Assembly: GCA_030704615.1 (NCBI GenBank)
Contig: CM060733.1
Location: 36,332,001 to 36,396,000, forward strand
Direction of reading: 5' to 3'
Length of the DNA stretch: 64,000 nt
DNA from: Takakia lepidozioides
Taxonomy: Eukaryota > Plantae > Bryophyta
This document shows, piece after piece, positions 25,619-38,325 of this stretch. The number at the start of each line of letters is the position of its first letter. Position 1 is the stretch's first letter. The notes beneath the pieces were generated by a model. That model saw only the letters and a list, made by a program, of their open reading frames with translations. It had not been told where the DNA came from and ran no database searches. The translations under genes were made by a program, and so were the position numbers.

Positions 25619-26674
25619 GTCTCATGGAGTGTGATGAACACAGGGTATGCCTAGCAAGGTTGTGAATGGAAGGGCAGCGATCGGTGGAGTCTAACGTGTT
25701 TTCTTATGGACAGTGGATATGAATTCAGCCTGTAAACACTCATGATCAGAGATCGACTTGGGTGTTATTCGAGGTGGGACTGATGCTTGAATCCAATCAC
25801 GTGTGAAGAGAGAAGTGTGGCTTAAGTTCAAAGTGGCGTCATGTTGAGCTTGCGATGAAAAGAGAAATAGACGAGCCTGTTGGCAATTTGTCATTTTGAT
25901 TGAATGTTCACTGCCAAGGTTGAACATGAAGTTGAAGGGATTGAATTGGTGGAGGACCAGCCCACGTCACATGAGGATACTGTCGACGTGATTGGAGTGT
26001 GAGGCTGGTTTGTCACAAATACACATGTGCCAGGAGAAGTGCTGATCAGAGAGGGCATGGGTCTGATTCAGATCTGACGTAGCCACGGCATTGAAGCTGC
26101 TCAAATTAGGGGCAGATTTGCTGCCGAGGTTTACATCTTCAAAACTAAAAGTGCCTGAATGGTAGTAGGCCGGCTCATCTCTTGCTGGAGAGGCACAATT
26201 GATATCCTCAGCAGGGCTCATGCACAAGCGGCTGGCACTCACACTCGTCAATGCTTCCCTATTCGGTTCTTCTACACATGCAAGATCTTGGGCATTAGGC
26301 CATCGCTGTTTGGAGTGGTATTCATGGCACTTGGCACCAGACTGCGAAGTTTTCTTTCCTGCACCGACCAGTAGCAAATCCCCGACTCCCAATTTTAAAG
26401 CTCATGCACATGTAGAGATTTGTCCTCAGAATTACGGGTATTCGCATGAAACATGTAGGGTACGCCAAAAATTATTGTATTTATTGAAATACATTTGGAG
26501 CTTTGTTTTGATCCAATTTAAATTATACAGAGCCTGTTTTTGCCATAACTTGGTCATGCAAAGGGTGTTTGACCTCAAATTTGAGCGAGGACCTACAAAT
26601 TGTGGAAATCTACATATTCAAAACTGGTTTTAGTTTTTTGGACTCTGCTAAAAATCTATGGAATTTTTTGAGTG

Positions 26675-27195
26675 TGTCGTGCGCATACATATCGCTACAC
26701 AACTACATCGCTGTCCAAACCACACCACACATATATGCACAATAAAGTAGTCTGCCACAATGATAGAAATCCAACGAACACACTGTTGACACAAAACATG
26801 AAAACCAAACCATCACTCTTAGAAATAGTAGTCGAGCCAGGGGCACCCCAAGCTATGGGGACTCCACCCCACAACAACCTGTACCCCTACATAAGCACAC
26901 TCAAATCTAAACACATGCAGGAGCTCGGTCGCGCAGGCTCAACTCGAGAAAGATGAGCCGCGCGACTGCCGCTCTCGTGAAGATAAGACGGACCAGGTGT
27001 CAAACTAAACTTGACACCTGATTTAACACTTGACCTAAATCCAAGTGTTAAATACAAATAACTAGTTTTATTCTAGCTGTTTTCACACTGTGCTTATTTA
27101 ACTTGACAGCTGTCGTGCGCATACATATCGCTACACAACTACATCGCTGTCCAAACCACACCACACATATATGCACAATAAAGTAGTCTGTCACA
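26675..27195 (-). repeat. 3' terminus of copy 3: B1 (27111-27195) - A2 (26761-27108) - B2 (26675-26759)
   Basis: Reverse complement of the 7736-8256 layout; PPT at 27196-27210. Confidence 0.95.
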
Positions 27196-27455
27196 ATCGC
27201 CCCCCTAGCTGGTGGATAGGTCCCTCTACCTCCAGATAGCTACAAGATGTAATAGCCACAGCCGTACTAAGTCCTCTATCACTGTTCCTATTGTACTCAA
27301 ACTCTATAGACCAAGAGGCCGGGTACAAGAGTAGCCCCATCGTTAGTCGCCATCTTGCAATCTGTGAACTTGAGCCAGGACCTCGTGTGTTCAAGGTCTC
27401 CTAGTAGCTGGGCCTTGCGTTGCTTGTTAGCCTCCCATGGTTGTATCCACTCCCA

Positions 27456-29106
27456 CTATCCAATGCATTGTGGACATAACCAATCCCCATCTGGAACCAT
27501 CTCAAGAGGTGGAGTCAAGCACCCCATATGCCAACCTCTAGAGCATCGATCACACACCAGCATGGTGGCTGCCCCTTTAGCAGACCCACACAACATGCAC
27601 CTCAAACCTGCAGATACCACTGCCAGGTTTGGGTCAATCCTGCCATCGACATTCGGAAGGTGACATGGCGCACAATTACGCACATGGTCCTTCCAAGTTA
27701 TGCCATCCCGACCCTCCAAGACCAAGACGCCTGAGGGCAAGACCTCTCGAACCCTCAAAATAACACGTCCTGCAGTCACATCCAGGGTCGTAGGAGCAGT
27801 CTGCTGCAGATAGACATAGTCACCAGGGTTGAATCTCCGAACCCCAGGACGATAGCCCCCACCACGTATGGTAGCATACCTCAACGTATCACGGTGTTGT
27901 GCAATGGCAAGGTTCTCGAAAGCCATGGGCATGACTCTCTTGAACAACTCTGCACGCTGCTCACATGCACGTGCCCACACGTCCGGATCGTCAAGGTTAA
28001 GAACTGTAGCAGCTTCTCTGCGAATGGATGTAGGCAAATCCGGCTCTCGGCCAAAGAGAAGAAAGTATGGTGAGAAGGAGGCAAGTGATGCTTGCTTGCT
28101 GAACCTGTAGCCCATGGCTAACCAGGTAACTGAAGGTCCCAATCTCCTAGGTGTCCCTTCTGCAAGCCATACTTGCGCAAACCCCTCTTTACTGTCTGAA
28201 CAACTCTCTCTGCCAAGCCATCGGCTTCAGGATGATCCCGGAAGTGGTGCGGTGGTCTATCAAGGCCTTGTCACACAAAGCCTGAAACTCCCCCAAGAAC
28301 TCTCTCCCTTGGTCCGTGAGTACCTCAGCTGGAGCACCGAATCGGCTAAGCACACAATCCAGGAATGCATACGCAGCTCCCTCACTAGCCTTATCAGGCA
28401 ATGGAACCAATTCAATCCACTTGGAGAAGTGCTCCACCATCACCAACACGTACTTGTTGTGGCGCATGGTCAGTGGCAACGGCCCTGCGAAGTCAAGACT
28501 CCACCTGTAGCCCAATCCCATGATCGGAAGAGGGTGCAATTGTGGAGTAGGGGCGTTGAATGAAGCACGCACCCTGTCACACACCATGCACCTAGCCACA
28601 AATTGTTGCACCTCTGTGTGCATACCACGCCACCAATACTGCCCCTGCAGTAGACTATGAGTGCGTCGCACCCCAAAATGCCCCAACTCCTCATGGGCAT
28701 GCCGCACTAACCGTGCCCGCTGTGTTGGGTGAGGCACAATCCTCACTCGACCATCCTCCCACACTCGGAGCAGGTGTGTCCCCTCCCACCTGAACCTCTT
28801 GGCTCGTTGTAGGATCCGATCCCTCTCCTTGGCAGTCATAGTGGCTGCCGTGTCTCCACTGCGGAGGTAGTCCAACACAACTGAATCCTCATGTATATCT
28901 TTGGCGCCACCCTGCTCATTGCTGGCCTCAGGGTCCTCAGACACTTGATCTACAGTCATCCCTGTTGTAGGTCCAACCTGGCCTTCCGCTGCCAAGATAC
29001 ACAGAAATGCAGATGCATGCCATCCGGGCACCATCTCCTCGTCTGTCTCACCATGCCACCGAGCTCCAGTGTCATCCTGCTGGCTCGTGCATGGATTGCG
29101 ACTCAA
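27456..29106 (-). CDS. Integrase (HHCC, DDE) with C-terminal PHD finger, copy 3 (small frameshifts)
   Basis: ORFs 28189-29106 and 27456-28142; PHD CMLC...CDRC...H..C...WLCPQC. Confidence 0.92.
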
Positions 29107-30587
29107 CCCATCTGCATTCGATTGACCAAACCCGGTCGATGCACCACCTGAAAGTCATACTCTTGAAGGATGAGTGCCCACCGTGCAAGCTTCCCCGTAA
29201 GCTTGTCTGACTCCATCAACCACTTGAGTGGTTGGTGATCCGTGACAAGGGTGAAGAGATTGCCGTATAGATAGCACCTGAAGTGTGCCACGGCCCACAC
29301 TGCAGCTAAGCATTCTCCCTCATATGAGCTATACTTAGACTCTGCAGCATTGTTCGAGCGGCTAGCATAAGCCACTACGAACTCTCTTCCCTCATCATCC
29401 ACCTGTGTGAGCACCGCTCCAAGCCCCAGCATGCTCCAATCTGTATGCAGCTGAAAAGGACGCCCCCTGATAGGTCGTCTCAAGATGGGCGCCGAGGTCA
29501 ACCTCGCCTTGAGCTCTTGAAAAGCTTGTTCTTGCTCATCTTCCCACTGCCACTCCTGGTCCACCTTGGTCAGCCTGGTTAGAGCCTTTGCAATGGCACT
29601 AAATCCCTTAACAAACCGTCTGTAATAGTTTGCTAACCCCATGAAAGCTCGAACTCGGCTCACATCCGTGGGGCGTGGAACCTGTGCAATGGACTCTACC
29701 TTAGTCTGCTGTACCCCCAATCCTCCAGGATATATCATGTGACCCAGATACTCAATCTGGTTGTGGAAAAACTTGCACTTGCCCGGATGTAACTTCAATC
29801 CGTGCGTCCTCAAGCGCTCAAATACCCCCTGAAGGTGTCTCTCATGCTCCTCCACCGTAGCACTAAAGATGATGATGTCATCTATGTAGCACCGAGCAAA
29901 CTCCACCCCTGCTAGAATCCTGTCCATGACTCTTTGAAACTCAGCGGGAGCGTTTTTAAGCCCAAATGGTAAGAACCGCCACTGGTATAGGCAATCCTTC
30001 CCGTGCTCATTGATCCCCCAGAATGCCGTTTTTTGCTTATCCGCCTCCTTGATCGGCAACTGGTGATATCCGGATCGTAAATCCAACGTGCTAAAGACCT
30101 TGGAATGCCCAATGGCATCAAAGATCTCCTCTGGTGTCGGCATGGCATACCTATCGGACTTGGTCTGACGATTTACAGGCCGGTAATCACCGCACATACG
30201 TCTCTCCGTCCAATTGCCATAGACATCCTTCTTAGCTGGCATCACTGTGGCTGAAGCATACTCTCCACCAGAGAGCTCCACCAAACCTGCCTCCCAGAGA
30301 TCTTGAGTCCTCATCTGAATCAAAGACCTCTCCATGTCACTGTATCTATAGGGTCTCCGAAAGATTGGCGTGTCAGTGGCCAACTCAATACGGATCTCTT
30401 GACCCTTCAGTGCTCCCAAGTCCTTCAAACTGAAGGCAAAGCAATTCCTATAAGCCCTCAGGAACCGCCGTATACGTCGTCTCTCTCCTCCGGTGACAAT
30501 GGGTCCAATGTCAGGCTCCCAATTGTCCTCCGTAACTGCAACCTTAAGTCCAGTGGGCTTAGAGGTAGAGGACGCGTCCCGTGGTTG
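29103..30587 (-). CDS. Reverse transcriptase - RNase H, copy 3
   Basis: 441-aa ORF, open upstream to the TAG at 30588-30590; YIDD and LHTDWS motifs. Confidence 0.95.
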   Translation of the reverse strand, partial: QPRDASSTSKPTGLKVAVTEDNWEPDIGPIVTGGERRRIRRFLRAYRNCFAFSLKDLGALKGQEIRIELATDTPIFRRPYRYSDMERSLIQMRTQDLWEAGLVELSGGEYASATVMPAKKDVYGNWTERRMCGDYRPVNRQTKSDRYAMPTPEEIFDAIGHSKVFSTLDLRSGYHQLPIKEADKQKTAFWGINEHGKDCLYQWRFLPFGLKNAPAEFQRVMDRILAGVEFARCYIDDIIIFSATVEEHERHLQGVFERLRTHGLKLHPGKCKFFHNQIEYLGHMIYPGGLGVQQTKVESIAQVPRPTDVSRVRAFMGLANYYRRFVKGFSAIAKALTRLTKVDQEWQWEDEQEQAFQELKARLTSAPILRRPIRGRPFQLHTDWSMLGLGAVLTQVDDEGREFVVAYASRSNNAAESKYSSYEGECLAAVWAVAHFRCYLYGNLFTLVTDHQPLKWLMESDKLTGKLARWALILQEYDFQVVHRPGLVNRMQMG

Positions 30588-31951
30588 CTATGCTGCAACC
30601 TCTTGAGCAGTACCCCCTTCCTGCTCAGTCAATGACAAGGCCTCATCCTGCCCCATCATCTCATCATTGAGAACCTCCTCATCCCGAGAAGAATCCCAAC
30701 CTCATCCATCACAGCTGCCTTCGCTGCCAACTCCCTCTGAACCTCGAGCACCTCCCACATGTGCCATGGATGTCTACACCTCGTGGTCCTCACCGGCTCG
30801 CCCCCACTCGCTGCCTGTACCGTCTCGGTAGGCAGAGAGACCGTCAAGGGAAGTGCACTCCGCACTCTACGTTGCTCAGCCATAGCCAAGCTGACAATCC
30901 AGGTCAAGCAATTGAGATCCATTGCTTGCCCCAACACCTGACGACGTGATGCCTCAGAAAGAGAAGGCACCGCCGTGGTCCCAGTGGAAAACCCCATAGC
31001 CCGCTCTCGCTCGTCGGCATTAGGCTCCACTAACTGCTGCAACTGAGCATCCCACAGGAGGCCAGGTCCACCATCCCGAAAAGCATGGGATCCTGGGAAG
31101 CTGAGCAGTGTAGGTAATGCTGCTCGTGGTTGACCCACCCTGTTGACCACTGCCAAAGGCGAACGGTCATCGTGTCTCACACGTTGAGACTGCCTTCCTG
31201 TGTCCAAAATGCCATCCACGGTGAGGTGTGCTGGCCGCTGCACCCCATCAAATGCACGCTTGAGCAGTGCGGGTGGCATCAAGTTAGTCCACCATAGTCG
31301 TGGACGATGAGCCCGTGACCCCACTGCAGCTGCATCCAGCAACACTGCTGACCCAAGCCACGACCGGACTTGATGCACACTGGCCATCACCCTGGCCCGA
31401 GAATCACCCATCAGTGGTACATTCTCCAAGATGTATGCTGGAGATACAGCTTGATGAAGCTGCAAGCAGCGCAAAATCCGCACCATCTCCCAAAACAGAC
31501 CCGTCCTCGAGTCTCGCAATCCATTGCCATGCCCGGCTGATGAATGCCCTTGGCAGGGCCAACCTGCCACTATCAGATCAATGGAGCCAACCTGCTCCAA
31601 ATCTTGCGCCCCCAACAAGGAAATGTCTGCTGGCAAGGCTTGTTGGTATCCACGAACTGCAGACACAGGCAACAAGTCAGGGTACTGCTGTACCAACTGA
31701 GCCACATGGCGCAGTGAGACGCGTCGTGCAGTCTCATCCCTCTCCACATACAGGTAACGCCTTACCCGCACACCTGCCTGTAGCACAGCAGCCAATCCGG
31801 TGCTGATCCCGCCAAACAAGTCCAGAAGGCAAATGCCTTCATCGGCCGCTGCCACACAAGAGGTGTGGTGTCCAATGGCGACAACTGAGGTGGCCCTGGT
31901 GCAATCACCGCACTCTCCTCCTCTCCTGACGGTACAAAAGCTTCTTCCCAA
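30588..31951 (-). CDS. C5 cytosine DNA methyltransferase domain, copy 3
   Basis: Motifs I, IV (PCQ), VI (ENV), VIII (RPR), IX (ERAMGF) and X are uninterrupted in ORF 30656-31951. Confidence 0.95.
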
Positions 31952-34786
31952 GCTTGTTGCACCCGTCCATCAGCAGCTTGCTGCAAATCCTTGCTCGTAC
32001 CCCACAACGGAGTGTGAGCAACCATGGCAGGCAACTCCGCCGTACCATGCATGTCATCCTGCTCTGCTGGAGGTGGCACATCCTCTGCATGGGCATTGCC
32101 TTCCAGCAACTCTCCAGGCCAACTAACGGCAGCTGTGAAGGCGGCTAGTGTTGGCATCTTGCCCCGCTGGGCAGCTGCAATACCCCCAATGAATGTCACA
32201 GGGAGCTGTGCACGGCGACCATCCCCTGACTGCCATCCAGGCCTGTAGGATGCTGACTCCTCCCAGAAATCCAGGGTGAAGCCCATGGGGTATAACACTG
32301 CCCCACCAACGAGGACATCGTAAGAGACCGCGTCTGTCACAATGGCCTTGGCTCGCATCACTGAGCCATCTACAGGATGATCCGGCTGCAGTCTAATAGC
32401 CAACTGATGCCGTGTCATGCCGCGAGCCTGCTCTGATCCTCCCAGAGATGTCTGTATCTGGAAAGGACAAGGCTCCATATCCGCCTCCATGAGGCCCAAA
32501 CCTGCAATAGCAGCTCTGCCCAACATCAGTGGCTGAGCTCCTGAGTCCAACAAGACCCGCAGTGGCCGGTACTTCTTGCCTGCCGGTCCACTCAAAGTGA
32601 AAATGCCTCCCTGGTTGTCTAACGAGACAACTCCAGGTGTCACCATGGCGCGCTCAATGGCTGGCCTAGCTGGCAGCTCCGTCAACCTGGCAGCTGCAAC
32701 TTGCCATGGCGCAGCCGTGGCAGTCTTGACCCTCAAATCCGAGGATCCCTCTGCCACTACACCTTCCACTAACTCCGCAGAAGATGAAGTGACCTCCCCA
32801 CTCTCACAGAGTGTTGCTGCTAGTCTGAACACTGCAGCTGGTCTCACCCCCGGCGTCGCAATCATTGTTGCCGAGAACAGTGGGGCCTGACACACAGAGG
32901 TGGCTGCCCCCAATAACACACCGGCCGCACTAGCCTTGGCAGCAGGAGTCAATGCTGCACGTGTAGCTCTCCCCAATGGCATAGTAACCTCCGCCTCGGT
33001 AACAGTCGGGCGAGAACTAGGTGCCATGGATGGCGTCGACACAGTCTCCGCCAATGTGAATGACTGAGGAAGCCTTGCCTGACGGCTTGCCTCCCCACGC
33101 TGTGGATCCAATTCCACCTCTGCACCTCGTGGCTCAGGAACTCGTGCTGCTCCTCGAGTCACGGCTGCAGCAGACTCCACCTGCTCTAGTGGTAGTGCTG
33201 CTCCGCACATAAATCCCATGCCTCCCATATCTCCTCCCTCAGGAGCAGGAGGTGGACCATCCCGTCTGGGAGCCGGTACCGCCTGAGCTATAGCCATGGC
33301 AGCGAGCCTCTGCTCTAGCTGCTGAAGCCGGTTGGCCATGCCTTGATCAACGCCCTGACCTCCGCGTCCTTGGCCATGTTGAGCTTGCCCTTGGCCTGCA
33401 CCTCGTGCCCGACCACCTCGTCCTCTCTGGGCTGGTCCACCTCGCCCCCGGCCACCATTGTTCCCTTGGAACTGGCCTGGGCGCAACTCAGGATGCAAGT
33501 CATAACACTGGGCATCTCCATGCCCATACTTGCCACAATGCCCACACTGCAACTGTGCAGGCTGTGCTTGTGCCGGCCTTCTGCCACTCTCTGGGCAATC
33601 TCTCTTGACATGGGGTCCTCCACATGTCCAACATATCACCCCTGGTTGCTGTTGGCCTGCAAAAGATGCCACGGGCCTCTGCACCTGAGGTCCCCTGTAA
33701 GCTCCATGGAACTTGGGCTGGGCAACCTTGCCCCCTGACCACGCTGTTGGGCAGTCCTTGTGCTTGTGGGCTGACAGCTGTGCCCCGTACAGGCATGTCC
33801 TTGCCAAATCCAATTGTAACAACTCGCTCCTCCACCATGTTGAGCTCAATCCGCTCAGGCCAGCAAAAACACATCTGCTAATGTGGGTTGGGCTGCTTGT
33901 AACAGGGTTGCATCTCGCACCCTTTCTTGAGCTCCTTGTCCAGAATTCCATACCAAAACTGGATTGCCTGAGCTTCAGTAACCCTTTGGGTCACACTTAT
34001 CAAGCGCCTCATACGAGTGTACGCCTCTCGCAGGCTCTCACTGGGTTTGCGCTGGAAGTCTTGCAAACTTCGCAGCTTCTCTGTCCGTACACCTTGGTAG
34101 TTCCTCCGCAACTCCTGGAAGAACTCTACCACCGGGTTGAATCTAGGCACATGTGTTGTAGTGGTGGCAGGAGGAGTAGTAGCACCTTTTGAACTGGTAC
34201 CACCTGCAGAAGTACCAGCACTACCTGCTCCACTACTAGTGCTGGCAGTGGGAGCTATTGGTACTGATGCAGCTACTGGTCGCGTCGTGCCTCGAGTAGT
34301 GGAGATGTAGTCAGGTGACCAATACATCCTCCACTCCTCAATCTCTGCTTCATGTCCTCGCCTGAACTCGTGGTAATCGTCCATAGGCGGGCCTTCCAAA
34401 TGCTGGAACAGTCCCTTCCACGCCATGAATGGGGTGAATAGCTGTGGATTGCGCATCTGCTGCAAATCACACCAGCTGTCGAACTCCTGGATAAAGTCAT
34501 CCAACTCGATTGTGCCCACAGCTCCAGAGTACCTACGAGGCCCCTTGGTAGCTCCATACATCTCCTCCATGTCGTCCCACAACAATGGCGAATGAAAGTG
34601 CACACCTGTTGATGAAGCCTCCGAGTCTGTGTCTGACTCTACAGTAATTGAGGGTGGCGGTGAAGGTGGTCTGAACCGAATACCTCGTCTTGTGAACCCA
34701 CTCTCACTGTTACTGCCTGTAGCCGTACTCCCCTCACCACCCTTGGGTAACTCCGTAATGACACTCACAATGTGCACCTCCTCCAC
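31762..34786 (-). CDS. Gag (two zinc knuckles) - aspartic protease, copy 3 (frameshifts near 33730-33930)
   Basis: Q...ESLREAYTR Gag motif, CWTCGGPHVKRDC, CGHCGKYGHGDAQC, RG-rich tract, LLDSGA. Confidence 0.92.
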
Positions 34787-35306
34787 GTGACACTATAAGG
34801 CTCTAGTACTAATCTAATAGTGACACGGGTGGGCACCTGTTGTAGTTTTAAGGGTCATATCCCAATGGCTCAGGGCACCTGCACCTGCATCCACCGCAAG
34901 AACTCCTATGGTTGGCTGGTCATCAACCCAGCCTCACCATAGAAGAAACACTGGTGGTCTTGCTGGTCATCACTCCAGCCTCACCACCGACAGCATACTC
35001 TAGGATTGACCGGTGATCAAATCCGGCCTAATCCCTATGAAAGCAAGCGCCCACACAAAACCAACATGGCGCACAGTCAAGCATGCAGGTGTTGGGGGGG
35101 ATCCAAACACAAGAAATCAAAACATCAACACCCCCACACCAAAATCCAGCTGCAATGCTGATCCTATAGAATATCCCAGCCCAAAACCCCGGACTGACTG
35201 GCCTCCACCAAGAGAGGCTTTGGCAACTGCAAGTACAAGGTAATGAAAATAGTACAGAGATGGAGGGGAAGAATAGAAGCCCGACCAAGCAAGATCCAAT
35301 CCTGAT

Positions 35307-35939
35307 CTATGCTATTAACTGCCAGACTTCTCTCAAAGTGCCTCGCTCTGCATGATGGTAAGGTGTAGGAGGTATATCTATGTCCAGAAACCTGCCACTA
35401 ACCTTGTCCCAAGCTACAGTAGCTCGCTCTAACCAACCCTCCTCCTCTTTCTGCCAGGTAGAGACAAAGCAATACTCCCCTATCTCCCGCTCACTGAACA
35501 CTAAAGAAAACAAAGGTAGGGTCTGATAGTCTCTCAACTCGAAAGCTTTGAGACGGTTGCGGGTATCCTCATTGTGAATGACTGCATCTCCTTCACGCAC
35601 AACAAACATGTCATTGCTGATGAACCCCCGCTCGTGGTTGCCCTGTGTAGAGCGTATCCGGCTGCAACCATGTCTGATTGCACAAACTTGTGTAGCTCCT
35701 GCTCCTCTGCTCCAGTACACCACGGCCTTGTGGCTGAACACCTTGGTCCCCGGGGCTGTCTTTGGCTGTGTTCCAAGCCTAGCTTTCACCCACTTTGGTA
35801 TTTCACCTACAGCTGCAAAACTGCTGGCTCCAACAGAGTTCTGACTGTCCAAGGCGATATTGAGGCCCTCAATGCCAACTACAGCAGTCTGTTGTCTACT
35901 GCTAATGCCTGACTCCCAGTATGCAATCAACTCGTCCAA
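35307..35939 (-). CDS. Accessory leader ORF0, 210 aa, function unknown
   Basis: Open in copy 3 and homologous in copies 1 and 4; TTG start, preceded by an in-frame TAG. Confidence 0.45.
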   Translation of the reverse strand: MDELIAYWESGISSRQQTAVVGIEGLNIALDSQNSVGASSFAAVGEIPKWVKARLGTQPKTAPGTKVFSHKAVVYWSRGAGATQVCAIRHGCSRIRSTQGNHERGFISNDMFVVREGDAVIHNEDTRNRLKAFELRDYQTLPLFSLVFSEREIGEYCFVSTWQKEEEGWLERATVAWDKVSGRFLDIDIPPTPYHHAERGTLREVWQLIA

Positions 35940-37011
35940 CTATTCTCCACTCAAATCAGTCTGAGTTCCTTGGGAAACATAAATCCTGTCCCCTTGTGTG
36001 CACAGGCTAAGAGAAGAGACCTGCCCTTCAATTACGTCCTCATTTCCCCCAGCCATGCAAGGAGTACATCCACAGATTTGTCTCTCATATAGACCAGCAC
36101 AGGTTCTAGAGACAGGATTGTGGATCTTTTATGGCACACTCACACTCTAAAAATTCCATAGATTTTTAACAGAGTCCCAAAAACAAAAACCAGGTCTAGA
36201 TAGGTAGATTTCCCCTTTCTGCAGCTATCCCCCCAAAAACTGAGTCAAACAGAGTCCATTTGACAAAGATGTGACCAATTTGGCTCTAAATCATTTAAAT
36301 TAGATCAAAAGACCAAACAAATACAAAGAAAACTTTTTAAAAAAATATATATATTTGTCTTGGTTCCCTGTTCCCTGGTTATCTTCGGGTTCCCAAACAT
36401 GTTCATGTAGTTCTCACAGTCTGGATTCACCCCTCCTCTCGTTCTGTGCTCTTATGTTGTGGCAGTGCGTGGGATGTGAAGGTCGGTGATGCGGGTCTTG
36501 GCCTTTCTGTCAAGGAGAACGTGAGAAGGCTCCAGATCAGTACACCCTGTGCTCCGGGCACTCAGGATGCAGGTACGCCAATGCCCGTTGCAGGAAAGCA
36601 TGAGAGTGGGAGACTGTGAACTCACCAGGTGACACTTGGTGTATGAGCGGGATATGAGCTGAAGGGATTGACTCAACGTTGCCATCGGTGTGTACGGGCA
36701 TTGACGCCCACAATTTCCAGGGCTTGCACTGAAGCATTTCTAAGCTGTTCTTAGGCCACTAACACACCCTGTGTAGTTGCAGAAATTGTTCCCACGGGAC
36801 CCTATAGATTCACCTGTAAGGCTGCTCAACGCCTGAGCTTAGAGTATGGTTGGATCACTTGCTCATTAAAGGCCCACAGAATATCTACAAAAGGACCCCA
36901 GCCTGACCACCACCTGCTTGTGCCAGCTTGTTCAAAGATTTGCCCAGGTACTTTCCTTGTCTCTCAGCAACACTCTTTGTTTGCGGTAGGGCTTCCATTA
37001 GTAACTGGATC

Positions 37012-37461
37012 AACTGCCAAGCTTCCACCAGGGCACTTCTTCACAGGTAAGGAGTGGACAAAGGAAGAAGATCCAACACCCATTGATCAAACCAGCAGCC
37101 CGTATGGCACCTCCGTCCCATCCGTAAGCACTAATTTGTCTGGCAGAACATCCTTGACTACATCTTGCATCAGCTTTACCCCAGTCTGAAAACAGTTATG
37201 CGTTTAAGACCCTCCAGCTTATCCCTCCAAACCCTTGATCAGGTGCCTGGTCGCGTACTCCCGGAGTCGAACATCGAAAGATGAAAAAAAATCTCCTTTG
37301 CCTCAATAAGTGTGACATGGATAAAATCTTTCACATGGCCGAACTAGCCGTAGACGTCTCTCCTGATGAGTCACTGAGCTCACCACTGAGTTCCACCCCT
37401 GTAGGACCACCACCTACAACAACACAGTGTAGCAATCTTGCCTTCTCATCTGCTGATATCC
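37012..37461 (-). pseudogene. Captured fragment of a type II NAD(P)H dehydrogenase (NDA-type) gene
   Basis: [31 protein letters not shown]...[13 protein letters not shown]...SSFDVRLREYA / [13 protein letters not shown]...[17 protein letters not shown], with intron remnants. Confidence 0.9.
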
Positions 37462-38311
37462 CTGCAATCCATTTTGAAAAAAAAAGAAACTGTCCAGGTA
37501 CTGCATGCTGGATTGCCTTGTCGGTTGTTGGCTAGTCCCACCACTGCTTTATTTAGCCTTCTATCACATGAATCAAGTCGTCCACAGTGGTGTCTTCCCT
37601 AAACAGCACTTGCCACTACTGTCCTTGTCAATGGTGATTCAGTTAGAGTCACCCCTGAATCACGATAACTTGCAGCCCCAAGTGACAACGTTCAGATGTG
37701 GACCCACTTTTGAGACCCACCAAATGTCATTTATGCCCAGTCCTCTGCCAAGTCACAGATACACACAACTAGTTGGATCAGAGCCTTCTTCCGAGCAAAG
37801 CATTCTTTTCCGCGCTGCAGTGTCATCTGCTGCCAAAAATTTGGAAGACAAGCTTCCACCCACTGTTCCACATCATCATCATCGTTCGTTGTGACTTCAA
37901 GCTTCTGATTCTGCAAAGCCTGGACAGTCAAGCGGTTGTTCCTTTGAAAGAGGATCAGTGGTATGCAATGAAGCCTTCAGACATGACACACAAGACCAGA
38001 AGAGCTCCTCTATAAGCTTACTGGTGAAACGATCATCCAGCTTCAAGGATCATGCATAGGTGCCAACTAGCATTTGCTGCTGCATTTTTAAGTATCTCCT
38101 TGTGTACCCCAAAGCCTCTAGTGACTTGGTAGCTTCAGCAACTGCAATAACAATGGCGGCTCTGGCATCGTCATCCTCCAGGCGTTTCAGGGCACGCTGA
38201 ATCTTGTGGTCACATTCAATGATATGCTTCTCAAACTAATCACTACTTATACGCAGGTAATCTTGCAAGTGCTAACCCTCAACTCCTACCTTGCACTCAC
38301 AGGTAAGAGAG

Positions 38312-38325
38312 CATCTTTCTCGAGT
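38312..38325 (-). other. Self-complementary primer-binding site of copy 3
   Basis: 14 nt complementary to 38506-38519 inside repeat A. Confidence 0.8.
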
